Notes: generated by a model from the letters alone, not told the origin. Positions 39,601 through 53,400 are shown, counted from the first letter of the stretch. The stretch is 63,982 nt of DNA from Zygnema circumcarinatum SAG 698-1b (GCA_037447605.1 CM074812.1:1240001-1303982); one strand, 5' to 3'. Numbers and translations are program-made.

Positions 39601-42600
39601 GGCCGAGTACAAATAAGCCTGTCACTAGAGTCCACACCCACTAACAATACAAGGTAGACGAACGGCCCATGTGAGGACCAAAGCTTGTGGTTGATTATAC
39701 AGACAAGACAGATAATCAGCGCTCGTCTAAGAAACTGTGCGTTGATCAGGGTGTTTTTGAAGGCACACGTGTCTATGCCACTGACTTATGTCCATACAAG
39801 TACTTTCATAGTAGTCAAGGACATGCATGTTCTGCTTACCCCAATCTTCAGAAATGACGTGTGCGACAATGTCTGGTGGCATGCCTTGTGGCAAAGATGC
39901 GGCTGTGAATGATGCTGTGTATGGACTAGCAACCATTCAACAAGGAAAAAGTAAGTTGAACTGTTCGATTCACGTTGGAAGCAGAGACAACTCGACCACA
40001 ACGACCACAAGAGTTGGTAAGTTAAGCTCCGCATGATTCCAGTTACAATCCTTATTTGTTGATGACCACTGGACAACTGCATGATCGTTCATGTCCACTT
40101 TTGAAATTGGACTAATGGCTTCATGCAGCAATGAACGCGCTCTAACCCATTCCTTTACTTCAATTGAGCTGTTCGTTGAGGAATACACAGAATGATGTGC
40201 CTATTCTTGTTCTTTTTTTGCAAAATAGAGAGTCAACACGGGCCTTAACAATTGAGTTGGAAACATGTATACCTCATGAATTGATCCAATCTGCCAAGCC
40301 AATATACCAAGTTCCCAAATGTAAGTCAGATCACGACACACAAGATAGCTTCCATCCAGCTTGCCAGAAAAAAAATGAACTTGGAGCCTTGAGCGTACAG
40401 GTGAGTTCTTAAAAACGTGAGAAGGGGGAGTTGCGACTGGGAAAGTGAGGAAAATTGTCCGCGCTTTTGACTGACCTGATGCGTTCACTGTAAAGCACTT
40501 GATTGTCGTGCTCGCTGCCAACGACCTGCCCATGTGTCAAACCGAAATAGCAGATTGCATGAACGTCATGCTGGAATCACACGTCAATTCATACACTCTG
40601 CACACCAAGGGGTCTTTCTGAACTAATGCACGTTTTTTCACTCATGTCATCGTCTGTCCTTCTCATTCGATGAACTTGTCTTAGAATTATGGCCATTGTA
40701 TCCAGTGACTGAAGTCAGCCGAAGTACAGACTTCGCCTTTAGTTAAAAGAGGTTTCACTGTACACAATGCAGTGCTCAAGGAGTGATGCAAACCAGATAG
40801 CCACTGTGCCATTTCCCAGATTGTCGTGAAGGGCTTAAGCGAGTCAGGGTGACACTGTATCCGAGCTTCCCGTTATGCTGCAGGGTCGTCTCCGCCAACC
40901 TTACTTCAACCTTTGGCGGCAAAGCTTCCAAGGTATCCTTTATTTGGTTTCCAAATGGATACTTCCGGCCTGCAATGGTCTCCAGGCGGCGCGGATCATA
41001 GTTGGCCAACGTCTCAAACGTGCAAATTCCCGCACCCAACAACGCCTGCACGGAAGAACGAAAGCAAGCATGGAAAAGCGTAGACTGGCTGCCCGAATGA
41101 TCAGAGAGAAAAGGAATGAACATCAACTGTATGGCAAAGGCTAATTTGTGTCAATAATGAACATCACTTCGAAGAGGCTATTGCCGGGTATAACAGCTAG
41201 AAAATCAAGAAACTAAAGAAATCGAGTCATCAGCCTAAGACAACGTTGTTGATTCACTCCAAAGTCTGTGTTCGATACAAACCTTAGCTGTAACCATTCC
41301 GATACCGGCTAGTTGTTTAAGTTGATAAGGACTGTCATCCCACAGCCTCTGCTTTAGGCACTTTGCCAACTTAAGAGAGCCGATCGTTTCATGATATCGC
41401 CTTGAATAAAGGAAATAATGCACCATGCACTGGGCGAATCTTGCGCCCTGTAAGCAAATTGCGCTAACATCCTGCAGAAGGCAACACAAACCCGGCCAAA
41501 TCCAGATAATGACGTACTTGATTGACCTCACGTAGATATACAACTCTGTTGACTGAAATGGATTCGTAATTTTCTGACAAGAAAAAGGAAGAATTTTAGA
41601 AGGATTTGATTGCGTACACGGATTTGCATGGTTTTTCTGTAACTACTTGCAAAGTGAATGACGACAAGCACATGCTTGAGAGGCATATTCAAGCAGCTAT
41701 CCATGGATAATATTTAAAGCATTCAGTGCGCTAGCTGTCATCCGCTTACCTGTGTCATGGTGAAATCAAGAGTTGAAGGATCGCCAGAGAGGCAATCATT
41801 TGCCAGCAGGAAAATCTTCTCTGCATCTTCTTGTACCTTTTTGAGTTTTCCATTTGGCCCAACAATATGATACTTCAACTTTCCTGCGGAATCATTGTTG
41901 ATGTCATTGAGAGTTTTCTTTTCGTCTCGACGCAATTTTATCCCTGTCATATCCAACACCACATTATGATACTTCGACAGTTTGGCTGCATATCCCGTTT
42001 CCAAAACAGCGATCGACAAAAGGTAGAAACCCAGTGTCCCGGAAACCTACAAGATAACTCATCTGCTTTGCCGAGTGCCCAAAGGAGCTCCTCCACACCA
42101 CTACCATTGGGTACTTCGGTGATTGCTTTCATGGACTTAAAGCTTAAGTAATATCTAGCCATGAGCCGACCTGGTTCTGCATGGAGTATACAATAAAGGG
42201 CTTAGAAAATGAATAGATATGGATCTTTGTAGGGTCTTCGATTCTATTAAGTCATGCCACGAACAAAATACTGCAGATTGCCTGCTGTTGTTGCACACTC
42301 GCCACGGAATTAAATGCGCACCAACTTTGAGCCTATGGACGGCTTTCATTTTTTGACGTGTGTATTGACTGACTGATGGCCCCTACTCCAAAAAAAATGC
42401 CGCAGGATCTTGCAACAAGCCAGACGTCGTCATTTCATCCAAAGTGCAAACTAAAGCCACACAATTGCAGACAATATTGATGACCTACCGAGTGGCCGAA
42501 GGGAGAAGCCGTACTCATCTGTCTCCACCATTCCATACTTAGCCAACTCATTGATGCTCTGCAAGCAAATATCTGCTCAGCCATACAAAACACTGGACAC

Positions 42601-45600
42601 CGTCGTCATACTGCGTTGAATTACAAAGGAACATAAGTGATGAACTTTGGTTTAGTTTCTTTTGGACCCAAACATTGGCTTTAGAACGTGTGGTATATAC
42701 ACAAGGTTGGTGGATGGTTGAAGCATTAAGTGGAACTGGCCTTTGAGGTTGTTTTCCAGCTGTTCTTCAGTCAGGTTCTTCCGGATACGGTAATGCTGAG
42801 GATTCTGCATTAGAGCACCAGCCACTCCTTCAGAATGTGTGATTGTTACGATAGGAATCTACCGAAAATTGATCACAACTTAGGTTTCCAAGAATTACAG
42901 CTCACCCTCTTCAGACGCACATACAGAAAAGATTTTTTCAACCTGCACATTACGGAAAAGACGGGCAGAAATAAGGGGCCAGGGGCCCAGGGCCCTTTTG
43001 TTCATCTGTTAACTTTTGGCGATAATATCCAAAGTTTCCTTGGATTCGACTGCCAAAAAACATTCAAACCCGTTCGTTTACAGCTTTTTTCTCCCAGAGT
43101 TAGCGAACATTTTGCTCTGACAGTCATACCAATCCTGTATCGATTTTCAGTGCTGTAGTCGTGAGCAATGTCTGGCTTACCAGTCTATCGCCAAGCTTGT
43201 ATCCGAGACAGTCAACAACGTAATCTCGGCATTAAGGTGCTCTGTGATTGTTTCAAGAAGTCTGCAAAAGCAAAACCCAGAAAGCCATCAACAGGGAAAT
43301 CGAGCAATGATAGGCATGCATATCCAGGTCATACTGCTTACATTGACTAGAGAAGGGTAGATACAAATCGAACACAAAAGGGTGCAAACAAGTGTCATGG
43401 CATTCAAATTTGTGGGATAGTTCAGAAAGTTACTGGGATTCCACAGCTTCTGAACCAGCGAGAAGATTCTTGTACAAATGAACCTGCAAGCTTGCATCCA
43501 CAGAACACTCTTGAATGGATTCTAATGTGAAAAGGTCACAAATGAGAAATGACCAACATTCAAACGACGCGTTTCACGTCATATCTCCATTTTCGTCCCC
43601 TCCCCCACCCACCCCCCACCCGCCGCCCGCGAAGAAGGGAGTAGGGAAAAAATATCACAGTGACAGAAAATGTATACGGTATTACCGTTTCCTTTCGAGT
43701 CATTATTACAACTGTTCCAGAATCGTCGAACTGCGGACGTCCAGCTCGGCCGGCCATCTGCTTATCCACCTCATGGTTAGGAACGAGTGCAAGACAGCAG
43801 AAGGGAAGCGCTGAAAGGGTCCATGCATGAATGTGGAGGAGGCTTTAAGCCTCTTGCAACCTTGCCAGGACAAAACTGTGAATGACGGCTCACCTGCAAC
43901 ACCATGGATCGCTCATACTCCCCGTAGCCTCCTTTTGCTTTATTGCTGCAAGCATGGTTTCACGTGTTACAATGCCCTTTTAAGAATAATCCCTCCAGAG
44001 ATAAAGATTGATGTTTATCTTCATCCAATCCTCTTGTGCATCTTCAAATATGTTTCTCCACAGATATGCTGCATGCAATTTTTATTGCTCTTCCGAAATG
44101 AAGTTATTAAACAACTTACTAATACTGAGTTGACTTTATGACAACCAAGTGAGCAGGTAGGTTGACGCCAAGCGCCAGTGTATTCGTTGTGCATATAACT
44201 TGCAACTCTGTCTTAAGGAATAGCCCTTCCACCAAGGATCTATCGTTGAAGTCGAGTCCTCCATTGTGAAAAGCGACTGAGCAGCCCAGTGGTTATATGA
44301 TGTGAGAGCAAGGATGGAATATGCCAGCAGCAAAAAATAGATGGGGTTTGGGCATCAGAACCAGGATCATCCATTAATTTCTGTAATGTGCAAGTTCGAA
44401 ATGACTGTAACAACCCTTTTCCATTATTCAAAGAACTTGTTCAATTTCATCCTCCTAAGCACTGGTCTAAGGATGGATTGATTGCAGTTGGTCAATTTCT
44501 GGCTCGCTCGTACGGACCTCCTTGTCGAATACATGTCTGCATATGCTTGTCCTTAGTAGACAAGGCGGCAGCATGCAGATGATCATATTGTTGGTTACTC
44601 TTTACGAATGGGTGGTTTGACCGTTGGCCTGCAACCTGCAAGATACAGTGACAACCCACTTTCCATTCAAATACATCCGGGCTTCGAGCATCTCGAGCAT
44701 AAAAAAATGATCTTGCGAGGAGCACTAAATAAAACTATAGTGACTATCCGGTAGCTAAGGCCTGTCACAGCTGCCCAGGGCCAATCGAATAGAGATTTGC
44801 TTATAAGTCTTGCTTGTCGAACTCGTGCCAGCCTTTTACGAATATGGTATGGTGCAATATTCAGCAGATTTGACGACACTCTGCAGTTTACCTGTCCTGC
44901 TAAATGAAGAGCAGCCTCTTGTGCTCCTTTCCGCGTTGAGCAAAACACCAATGTCGGTCTTCCTTGGCTGTACTGCGAAATGACATCTGTATATAACAAA
45001 GTGCACAGTCATAAAGTCAACAAACTTGATACTGCAGATATGCAAAACACTTGTACCAACTCAAAAGGATTACAGTACTTGAGTAAAAAAGATTAGCAAA
45101 AAGGGAGTGGGTTCAATTGGAAGCACTAGAAACGGAGATCTTTAGTAGCCTTACTCAAAAGAAATGTTTGCAGTCGCTGTAGCACAATGAAAAACAGGGC
45201 TCCCCAGTTAGAGAAACAGCGAGCGAACGGCCATAGGACCAAAAGGATGGAGAATGATTTTTCATGTACATTCTGTCATGCTGCTGAAATCTTGTTCAAT
45301 AGAAGGCTGTGAACGAATTGAAAATTGTCGGCTTACCCTTTCAAATAGAAAATCATTTTTTGCACGTGTGTACCCTGCCTCATCCAGATCACGTTTTAGT
45401 GTCCGTTTGTTGCAGAGTAGGCACTCGTCAGAGATTTGTCAGAGAAGGAGGCTGGCAACCTTTAAGGCGTCACTATGAATTGCACATGCACATCTTAAAT
45501 GTAAAGTAAATATTATGACGGTCATTTGAAAACAGAAGGGGAAACGGGGGAAATGCTTACCAAGAACTTCAGTTGTGAGTTTGACAGGGCGCATCTCCTC

Positions 45601-48363
45601 GCCGAATCTGTTGCCCAATGCCAATTTCCGGAAAGATTCAGCTGACTATCAAATTTAGGTGCACGCTGCCAAGTGCTTCGGAATTACAATTACACTTAGG
45701 AATGCAAATGAAGTACCTTTTCATTCCTCTAGTTGAAACGTTCAGCCATTCCCCTGCATCCGCTCAGAAACCAAAGGGAATGATAAAGAAACAGAAAGGA
45801 ATTGAACAAGCACAGCCACGTTGCTATAGTTGTAAGTATGAATAGTTGGCACGATTTGATTCGTCTACAATGATACCGCTCCAAATACACAGTGGTTGCA
45901 GAGTCGTATATAATACTGAACTCTGTACAGGGAGCTCTTCACAGGTCCCTCTGCGAAACGGCAGGTTTAACCAGCTTTTGCAGATGCTCTCATCGTCGTT
46001 AATGTTTGAACATTTTTTTTCGCGGTTTTTTTTAACAAGAAGCTGAAACTAATAATGCCGTACAAGGTTCCAGAGTCAAGATTCGACATTTCGAAAAACA
46101 TTCGTCTTACCGATATCTTCAATGTTGGAAATAGTCGCAGATATTGCGAGAACACGAATATTTGAGATAGGGCAGCTCCTCATTTCTGGGTATCGTGATA
46201 GCATCTTCATTCTGCTAACTATGGCCTCCAATGCAGCCCCTCGAGGATCTCCAAGAAGATGAACCTCATCGATCAATAGAAGTGCGATGTCGCTGAAAAA
46301 ACCTACTCCACTGAATTCCCTTCGTTTCCTACTGAGCGAGTCAAATTTCTGCAGGCGAGAGTTCACAGTTAATCAACCAACCAATCATCTGACGATGGCA
46401 TTCCATAAAGTTGTGCATTTTTAGTGAGCAAGTCTGCAAGGAAACCTGACAGATGAATGAACCATCGTCTCGGTAATTTACTTGAATCTTTCACTGCATT
46501 TCCCCCGATTTATTCCTTAATGAATTCCTTAAATTAGTCATATCTCAGAACAGACAGGGGAAAAAACTTCCACCTATAATACTTTTGTTGAAACGGAATC
46601 TATAAAGCTGAAACCTACTGAACTATAACATTTATTCCTCGTCAGTGAGAAACTAGTCAGGCTTCAGTCCTTCATTCTAGCCCTTTCAGTAAAGTTGTTT
46701 CGTTTATAATCAGTAATTCCTCTCCAGGACCTCGGGGGTTGTTAGAATAATGTCCACGTCGTGCATATCCTTTTCGCTCGAAAATTCTGCATGCACAAAC
46801 AAGTTTCCGTGATAAACTGCATGAAGCTTTCATCTTATCCCGCTTTCCTTCCCTGTCTCTAAAGCAAATATGCAGATACTGCAATGCCATATTTAAAAAA
46901 AACTATAGTTCTTGAAACTATAAGACAGAGACTCAAAAAACCACAACAGACTACGTCCAAAAGCATCTCAGTCCATAGAAAAATTCCTATTCAGGACAGG
47001 GGCATTAAACTTGCTGACGTGAGATTTGCTGTGACAAGGCCTGATGATCACGCGTTTTCCTTAATGCGGCAAAAAGGTTACGTCAATTGATTTCCGCCTA
47101 ACTCGAACCAGAACCAGATTGTTGACAGCTTTCTAGTTTTTTTACATGACACTTCGTCATCATTTTGAACTTTGCCGCGGACAGATTTAAGTTGCTGAAA
47201 TCTAACCAGAGATTTTTTAGTTACTCTGATTGAAGAATAAGCAGAGATGGTACTAGCGGATTCGACAGGTGCTAAATATCGAATGGAACTTCAGAGGATT
47301 GTTGTACCTGAATCTCCCGTAAGCTCTTGACACTTGAGCTTCAACTGGTTAAACTTTTTCTGCCAGTCTCTTTGTTTTTCTTGGATCAATGCCTGTAGCA
47401 AGTCTTTTCAACAGATTAAGTAAACTGCGTGGAGATATAGAAAACATCAAACTCAGTGAGCACAAAACATGTGTTCCAAGATTATCAAAAGCGTTTTTTT
47501 ACATAGGCCTTGACCGAAAACGATGCTCTGGTGTTTGAAGTTTTTGATAAGACCTTCATTGGTGCGACATAAACCTGCAAAGAGGGAATGACAAAGAGTC
47601 AAAAAAGTTATTATAAGGATACATAAATTCCAAGTTCGTTCAATTCTAGTGGCACGACCAAAATTATAATCCAGCATTGACAAAGAAAAGTCTATTCGAA
47701 TGTTTCCAGAAGCTGAGTGAATAAGAAAACCTACAATTTTGAAGGAGCCACCTGTGTGAGCCAATTCTCCTGTAGGTGTCAAGCTTTTGCTCAAAAGTCG
47801 GAGAATGGCAAGTTCAAATAATACAGTTTTTCCGCTCCCTGTGATGGAAATGCGGTTTTGCACACAACGTTAAGAGAAAAATCTTGTCCGTTTAACTGTG
47901 GAGATCTGCAACCTGTTGCCGATTATACTACAGTAGGTGACCAGAAAATACCAGTTGGCGCAGATACAAGAAGATTCTGATCTGAGAGGAAAACCTCGTT
48001 GAAGGTCTCACTTTGCACCGCATTGAAGTACCTGCATCCAAATCTTGCATGTCCGTTTCTGACAGTTGCAGCACAACTTGCAAGGCAGAGATGGTCATAC
48101 ATTGCCTGCTTCTCCATCAGTCGAACCCTTGCCCAAGTATCCCATTCATCAAGCTCAAAAAGAGCTAACCTGAATTCAAATACACCCTGGAAGCATTTTG
48201 GAAGGGATGAAACCGATTTCAACGTATCCTCCTCCGGCCAATCCATGGACTCTGCCCAGGCCTCCTCATCACCTACGCGCATTCTACCTCCAAAACCTGT
48301 TCCTGCGTTTTCCTGGCGTTGCCGAGGTGTCCATAGACGCTGAGGCTGGCTGAGATCCGCCAT
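36626..48363 (-). CDS. MER3: Meiotic DExH-box helicase MER3/HFM1 (RCK, DExH17), about 35 exons
   Basis: Exons include 48363-48170, 48031-47952, 47838-47735, 47574-47554, 47392-47308, 46786-46731, 46348-46111, 45753-45717, 45607-45561, 45374-45337, 45176-45155, 44986-44892, 44635-44518, 44276-44120, 43945-43894, 43757-43686, 43483-43434, 43261-43181, 42942-42906, 42804-42741, 42572-42489, 42176-42051, 41943-41750, 41471-41283, 41045-40794, 40525-40476, 40290-40273, 39925-39840, 39640-39503, 38395-36910, 36749-36626. Exons between 38400 and 39500 and the start codon are uncertain. Motifs: SAPTGSGKT, IDEVH, ISAT, VFCSTRKGAQEAA, FHNGGL, TTNTLALGVNLPAH, QMAGRAGRPQFD, Sec63 region LWDDSPYQLKQLAGIG, C-terminal SIFSFL*. 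Confidence 0.95.
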
Positions 48364-48697
48364 ATCCGAGACGCTCCTGGGAGCTTTTCCTGCCTTCAGG
48401 CAACCATCGCAGACCTTGCAACCATTTGCACCGCCTTGCAGTCCGTAGCCACCGCAGTCTTGCCTCCGTTGGCAAATACTATGTATACCACGCTTCGCGC
48501 ACAGCCATATCCATGTAAATTTATATCTCACCCGTTCCAGTTCCAGTCGCAGTAATATTTTCTGAATTTTAAAGCGTGATTTTTGATTCGAAATCTTTGT
48601 GAACGCTGCTCTGTTCCACAGCAACTGAGAGCGTTGGTTCCATGCAGCCCCCCCTTCCTCTCCCCGGCTCTCTTCCGCTCAGTGCGAGCTCGCGGCC

Positions 48698-50105
48698 ATG
48701 GCGACCTCCGCCATAGCGTCGTTGGCGGCGCGGCTTCGGCCCTCCTGGGTGGGGGGAAAGTGGCGCGAGGCCGCCATTTCCGCCCGCCACCGGGCAAAGC
48801 TCCGCCGCCAGACACTCCTAGCGGGCGAGTGAGTGCCCCACCCCTCTCTCTCTCTCCCTCTCCCTCCCCCTCCCCCTTCTCTTTTCGCCCCTCTCCCGCT
48901 TTTGCACGGACATATCCAGGGTATGTAAACAAGGATTCATCAGTTCAACGTATGGATAATAAATCGGTCCAGCAGTCTTGAGAACTGTCGTGCTCTTCAA
49001 AGCTTAATGTCGAATTATGGCTGTGGAAGTAGGGAATGGCCGCATGATCCCCCAAGGAAGGAGATGAAGTCGAAAATGAAGGGCCACAAGCACGACCGCG
49101 AAGCTGCAGAGAGGTGAGCCGGCAGTGTGATGTGTGTTATGTTCCATTCCTATTGAAAGGAAGCAGAGAATATGTGCAGACATTCCAGAAGGGCATTTGG
49201 ATTTTTTTTTGCTCAAGGTGAGCAGGCTCCTGTCTTTTGTGCAGACTAAATCATACGTGACGCTTTTAGTTTCATAATTGTCTAGTGGAAGCTTCATGGT
49301 CAGCCGTGAATTATGGTGATCGATTTTGCTAGCTTCGACATAATCACAGAAAATTCTAATTTCAAAAAGCTATATTTTTTTTTTCCCATCGGCAATTTTT
49401 TTTTACGTAAATGAAGTTTGATATAAAGGAGTGCCAAGACGGTTCCGTGCCAATGGGGCTTTTGCAGTTTACCTGTTCCCCAATAGGCAGATGGCTAGGG
49501 TTGTTCGGATTGACTTTCAGATCTTAATTTTCATAATACAAGTGATTTTTGTGGTGGCCAGGCAGAAGCGAATTCAGGAGCTCATGGCTCGAATGCCAAC
49601 GATTTTGGATGACTGGAAGGTCAGTGGGAGGGGTCTCTTCATCTTGAGATGTTGCAAGCACTGTCGTGAATGTGCTGTCAGTAGCGAGTGTTGCATTTTG
49701 CTGGCCTTCATGTGCTAACTTATGTCCGGCAGATGAAAAGGGAGTTAACTTGAGTCAGATATATGCAAAATCTGTGCTCTATCTGTGGTATTTGGAGAAG
49801 CGCAGGCATGCTGTTCCATGGCATGGCCTTTGCCTTTTACCAATGCACTGAATGTTTCAGACCATGCACATGAAACAAGTCCCTGCCGCTCGAGCACGTA
49901 GCTAACTTCCCCAGTAACTAAGCAACTCCATTATATCACTTCAGATTTGAGATTACATATCCTTAGGAATCCTGCTATGGCTTTGGCAGATGCCTCTTAT
50001 GGGAGAGCCTTTGGACCTCCAAGGTTGCAATTGACTGGAGTTTGTATGCGTGCGTGCATGCAGAAACGAAAGCTGGCTGCAAAGGAGAAGGAGTCAAAGA
50101 ATTGA
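48698..50105 (+). CDS. Mitochondrial large-subunit ribosomal protein mL59(/mL64)-like, 103 aa (At4g22000-like)
   Basis: Exons 48698-48828, 49033-49113, 49562-49619, 50064-50105 give MATSAIASLAARLRPSWVGGKWREAAISARHRAKLRRQTLLAGEEWPHDPPRKEMKSKMKGHKHDREAAERQKRIQELMARMPTILDDWKKRKLAAKEKESKN*. The GKW..AISAR..A.LR and KGHK motifs fit mL59. Not captured by the ORF track. Confidence 0.85.
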
Positions 50106-50902
50106 TCGAGGACTCACACAAGAGGAGTTATGAACCTGACTACTGAGGCACGTCTACGAGTGGTATGTTGATAAGCCGATCGTGGGTTTTTACTTTCCGA
50201 GCACTCTATCATCACGCGGGTAAATTTTTTTTGGGGCCTTAGGTCAAAGAGTTATACTTCCGGGTTACCTTCAGCGTGCCTTTGCCTGTTTGGCTCCCCA
50301 TTGCGAGGTGACGAAGAGAATTATTTCTTAGTGTGTAGAGTATTTTCTAGTGTCCTTTAGTGTTTGCTGGAGGAACGAAGGCCAAATTTGGGGCCTTGAA
50401 TAGGGTTACAAGAGATGTGCATATTCAGAGCAGCTGAGAGCAGCAGAAAGACTCAGTAGCAAGCAGCTAAACCAAGTCAAGTCAAGCCAAGTCTTCCCTT
50501 TTCTGAAATTCCAAGCACGCCCTTCAGCCTTCTTCTTGCAGCTGCAATAGGGGATAAGCGTTCATCGCATTCCGAAAAAAAAAAATATTTTAATTGTTGA
50601 AATTTGTAAGCCTGGAACGTTTGTCCAAGCTCTGGAAGGAAGCAGGGCAGGTAGGTGTTCAAGACTCGTAGGTTTTTTCCCTCATGAACAATTGTACTAT
50701 TTCCTTTAGCTTTGAGTAGTGCCATTGTTCGGTTCATTGTGCCACCAAATGTGTACATCTCTTTCATCTTTCATCTTCACGAAGGCCATTTCGTGAGCAT
50801 TGAGATCTTCTTTTGCCTTGAAATTGCATGAGATTTTTCACAATTCTGGAACTCCATGTGAAGGAGGAGCTTATGAGCACATGGCACAAGATGGTGATGT
50901 AA

Positions 50903-51005
50903 CTAAACCCTAAACTTCAAAACCTGAGTCTTAAACCCTAAACGCTAAACCTTAAACCCTAACACTAAATTTTGAACCCTAACTTTTAACCCTGAAGCTT
51001 AAATC
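50903..51005 (+). repeat. Second degenerate (CCCTAAA)-like telomeric/telo-box array
   Basis: aactaaaccctaaacttcaaaacctgagtcttaaaccctaaacgctaaaccttaaaccctaacactaaattttgaaccctaac... Confidence 0.75.
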
Positions 51006-51097
51006 TAGGTCGAAGATAATGCGAGAACTCACTCATATTGCGACGGTCAGAGGCGTCGCAAGCATCTTACGCAAAGTGTCGCAGAGCCATAGGTAAA

Positions 51098-51231
51098 TCT
51101 AACGGTCAGATTAGCGCCTTGTAAAGCTTTTAGCCGTTGGATATTCTCGCACGTGTCTGCGACGTGGGTGACGTCGCACGTGTTCCTGCGACGCGCTGCC
51201 TCCGTCGCAGGCGGTCAAAATTCGACCGTTG
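51098..51231. promoter_or_regulatory. Three MSA-like (YCYAACGGYYA) elements interspersed with GTCGCA/TGCGAC repeats
   Basis: TCTAACGGTCA at 51098-51108 (+), TCCAACGGCTA at 51131-51141 (-), CAACGGTCGA at 51222-51231 (-). No associated gene was identified. Confidence 0.35.
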
Positions 51232-51756
51232 TTGTTGGGGCGTCGCGTGGTCTAGCACGTTTCGGTTTCATGCTGGTTCCACATTTTGCCGGTTCCGCAT
51301 TGTGCTACTATGTTGCTTTTCATGTTCCATGTTGTTGTGGTTATTGTCAATGCACATTTGGTGGTATCGCCATCGTGTGATCCATACCTTGAACACCAAA
51401 GTTTTGAAACCCTGAATGTTAAGCATAAGCTCCTTGGAAGGTTTGGGGTTTATGGGGTTCATGCTTTCCAAGGTTTTATGTTTTGCAGTTGGGGGGGGAG
51501 GGGGCGCAAAGCCTTACCTGTACTAGCAAACCTAAGCAGCCGTGCTATTCATTCATTCATTCATTAATTTCAACTCATGAAAGTCTCCCACATTCAAACC
51601 ATAAAGTATGAAATTATACAAATGGAAGGCATCCGACACATAAATGAAAACCATTCACCTGTTTTCCGCAGTGCCTTAATCTCCACGATGCCTGCCCTAA
51701 CCCCCTCCCCTTCCCTTCTTTCTACTTTCCTTTGTGCAAGGCCCTGCATGGCGCTG

Positions 51757-53400
51757 TCACGTCGTGCGGTTGTGCTTGAGATAGCGAAGGGCGAGAAAGG
51801 CGAGGAGCCGGAAGAGCACAGAGTAGAGCGCTAACGCCATCATGTCAAGGGCCACCCGCGAATGGTCCAGACTGCGGCTGCCTTGAATCTGACTCCATAT
51901 GAACACATTGCTGCAAGGCGGAACAGCAAGAAATGCAACATAATAAGCAAAAGGAGAGGCAGACATTTCTTGAACTGCTGAACCCTAAAAAGGGAAATGG
52001 TGGCCTGTTTTAGGGCGGAACAGCAAGAGGAGCAACAATAATAAGAAAAGGAGAGGCAGAAGTTTCTTGAACTGCTGAACCCTAAAAAGGGGAATGGTGG
52101 CCTGCTTTTAGCTTGCAGTTGGGCGAACTCTCCTCACTTTGAAAGGCGCGGGCAGTCGCAAGCAGGGCATGCTGCCGGCAGCAGTTGGCAGGCAGGAACG
52201 CGTCCGCCATCGATGCACTGAATGGAGAAAACAAAAACAGACAAGGTATGGTCAACACCTCACAACTGCCAGGATCTGAAACCCATCTCCTTTCAACGTC
52301 ATTAAAAAGGGTTTTTAGGGTTAGTTTTCTGCGATCACTCTCTCCCTCTCTCCGCATCTTCACATGAGGAGAGGGCTGCATTCACCTGCGGCTTATTCAC
52401 ATCGCAGAAGAAGGTGGTCGATGTCATGGCGTTCAGGGCGTATTGCAGAGGGTTTATCCAAAACAGCCACAAGTAATAGGCAGGGGTCCGCAGTCGGACC
52501 AGCACAAGGCCCCCTGTTGGCACCATGATGCTGATCACCATGGGGACGAGCACGGAGGCGAGCTGCACCCCCCCCATGCATGCATGCATGCATGCCTCCG
52601 CATGGGGTTAAAAAGTTGAAGACACCTTTGAAAGTGAGGAGGACATTGACGGATAGCAGTCAGCAGGCAGCACGAGTTAGCAGGCTGAGCGCTAAGGGCG
52701 ATTGCGAGGAATGAAGTATTTAATATTATTATTATTATTTATTTTTGAAGTTTTAATTGTGAGTAGGGGTTTGCTTTTGTGGTTCTGCGATTCTTACAGG
52801 AGGGAACGGAGCGGCGACGGCGAGGAGGAGAGCGAAGAACGTGACAGCGAGCACGAACTCGAAAAAGATGAACCACACTTTGAAGAAGATAGCGGCAGAT
52901 TGCGTGGCGAGTCCCGACATTCCGAAGGAGATGGAGCAGAAAATCAACGTTATCATCACCAAGTATGGAATCTGAAACCCTCACAGACCCCATTTCAGGA
53001 CTAGGAAATTGGAAAAACCAAGCAGTCTGTGACAATCTCAGTTGATTTTTAGCTGATTAGTTTGCATCTTTCTCACCTCAGCCAGACCCCACGAGAGGTT
53101 GTAAAAGATTGCATGATACTGCTTTTGCGAAAGCTCTCTCCGATATGCAGCAGCTGCTCCCAGAACTTGCGGAATCACTCCTCCCGCATTGGCCACAGCA
53201 AAAAGAAGGCAAGAAATGAACATCTGTCCCGCTCTCGCATTCATTCCGGGGATAGAAGTCACGTTTTCCTGCCAAAAAATGGACCCCACAAGCAGCCCCA
53301 ACAGAATGGCTGACATAAAGCGCCCAAAACTGTAGTGAAGGTTGCGCCAATACTGCTTCTGAAGCCTGCAAATGGCAACGGAGAAAAGCAACCCCCCGTC

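Noticed and set aside
50477-50767. 96-aa minus-strand ORF after mL59
   Set aside because: No recognisable family and no splice chain; treated only as a possible decayed fragment.
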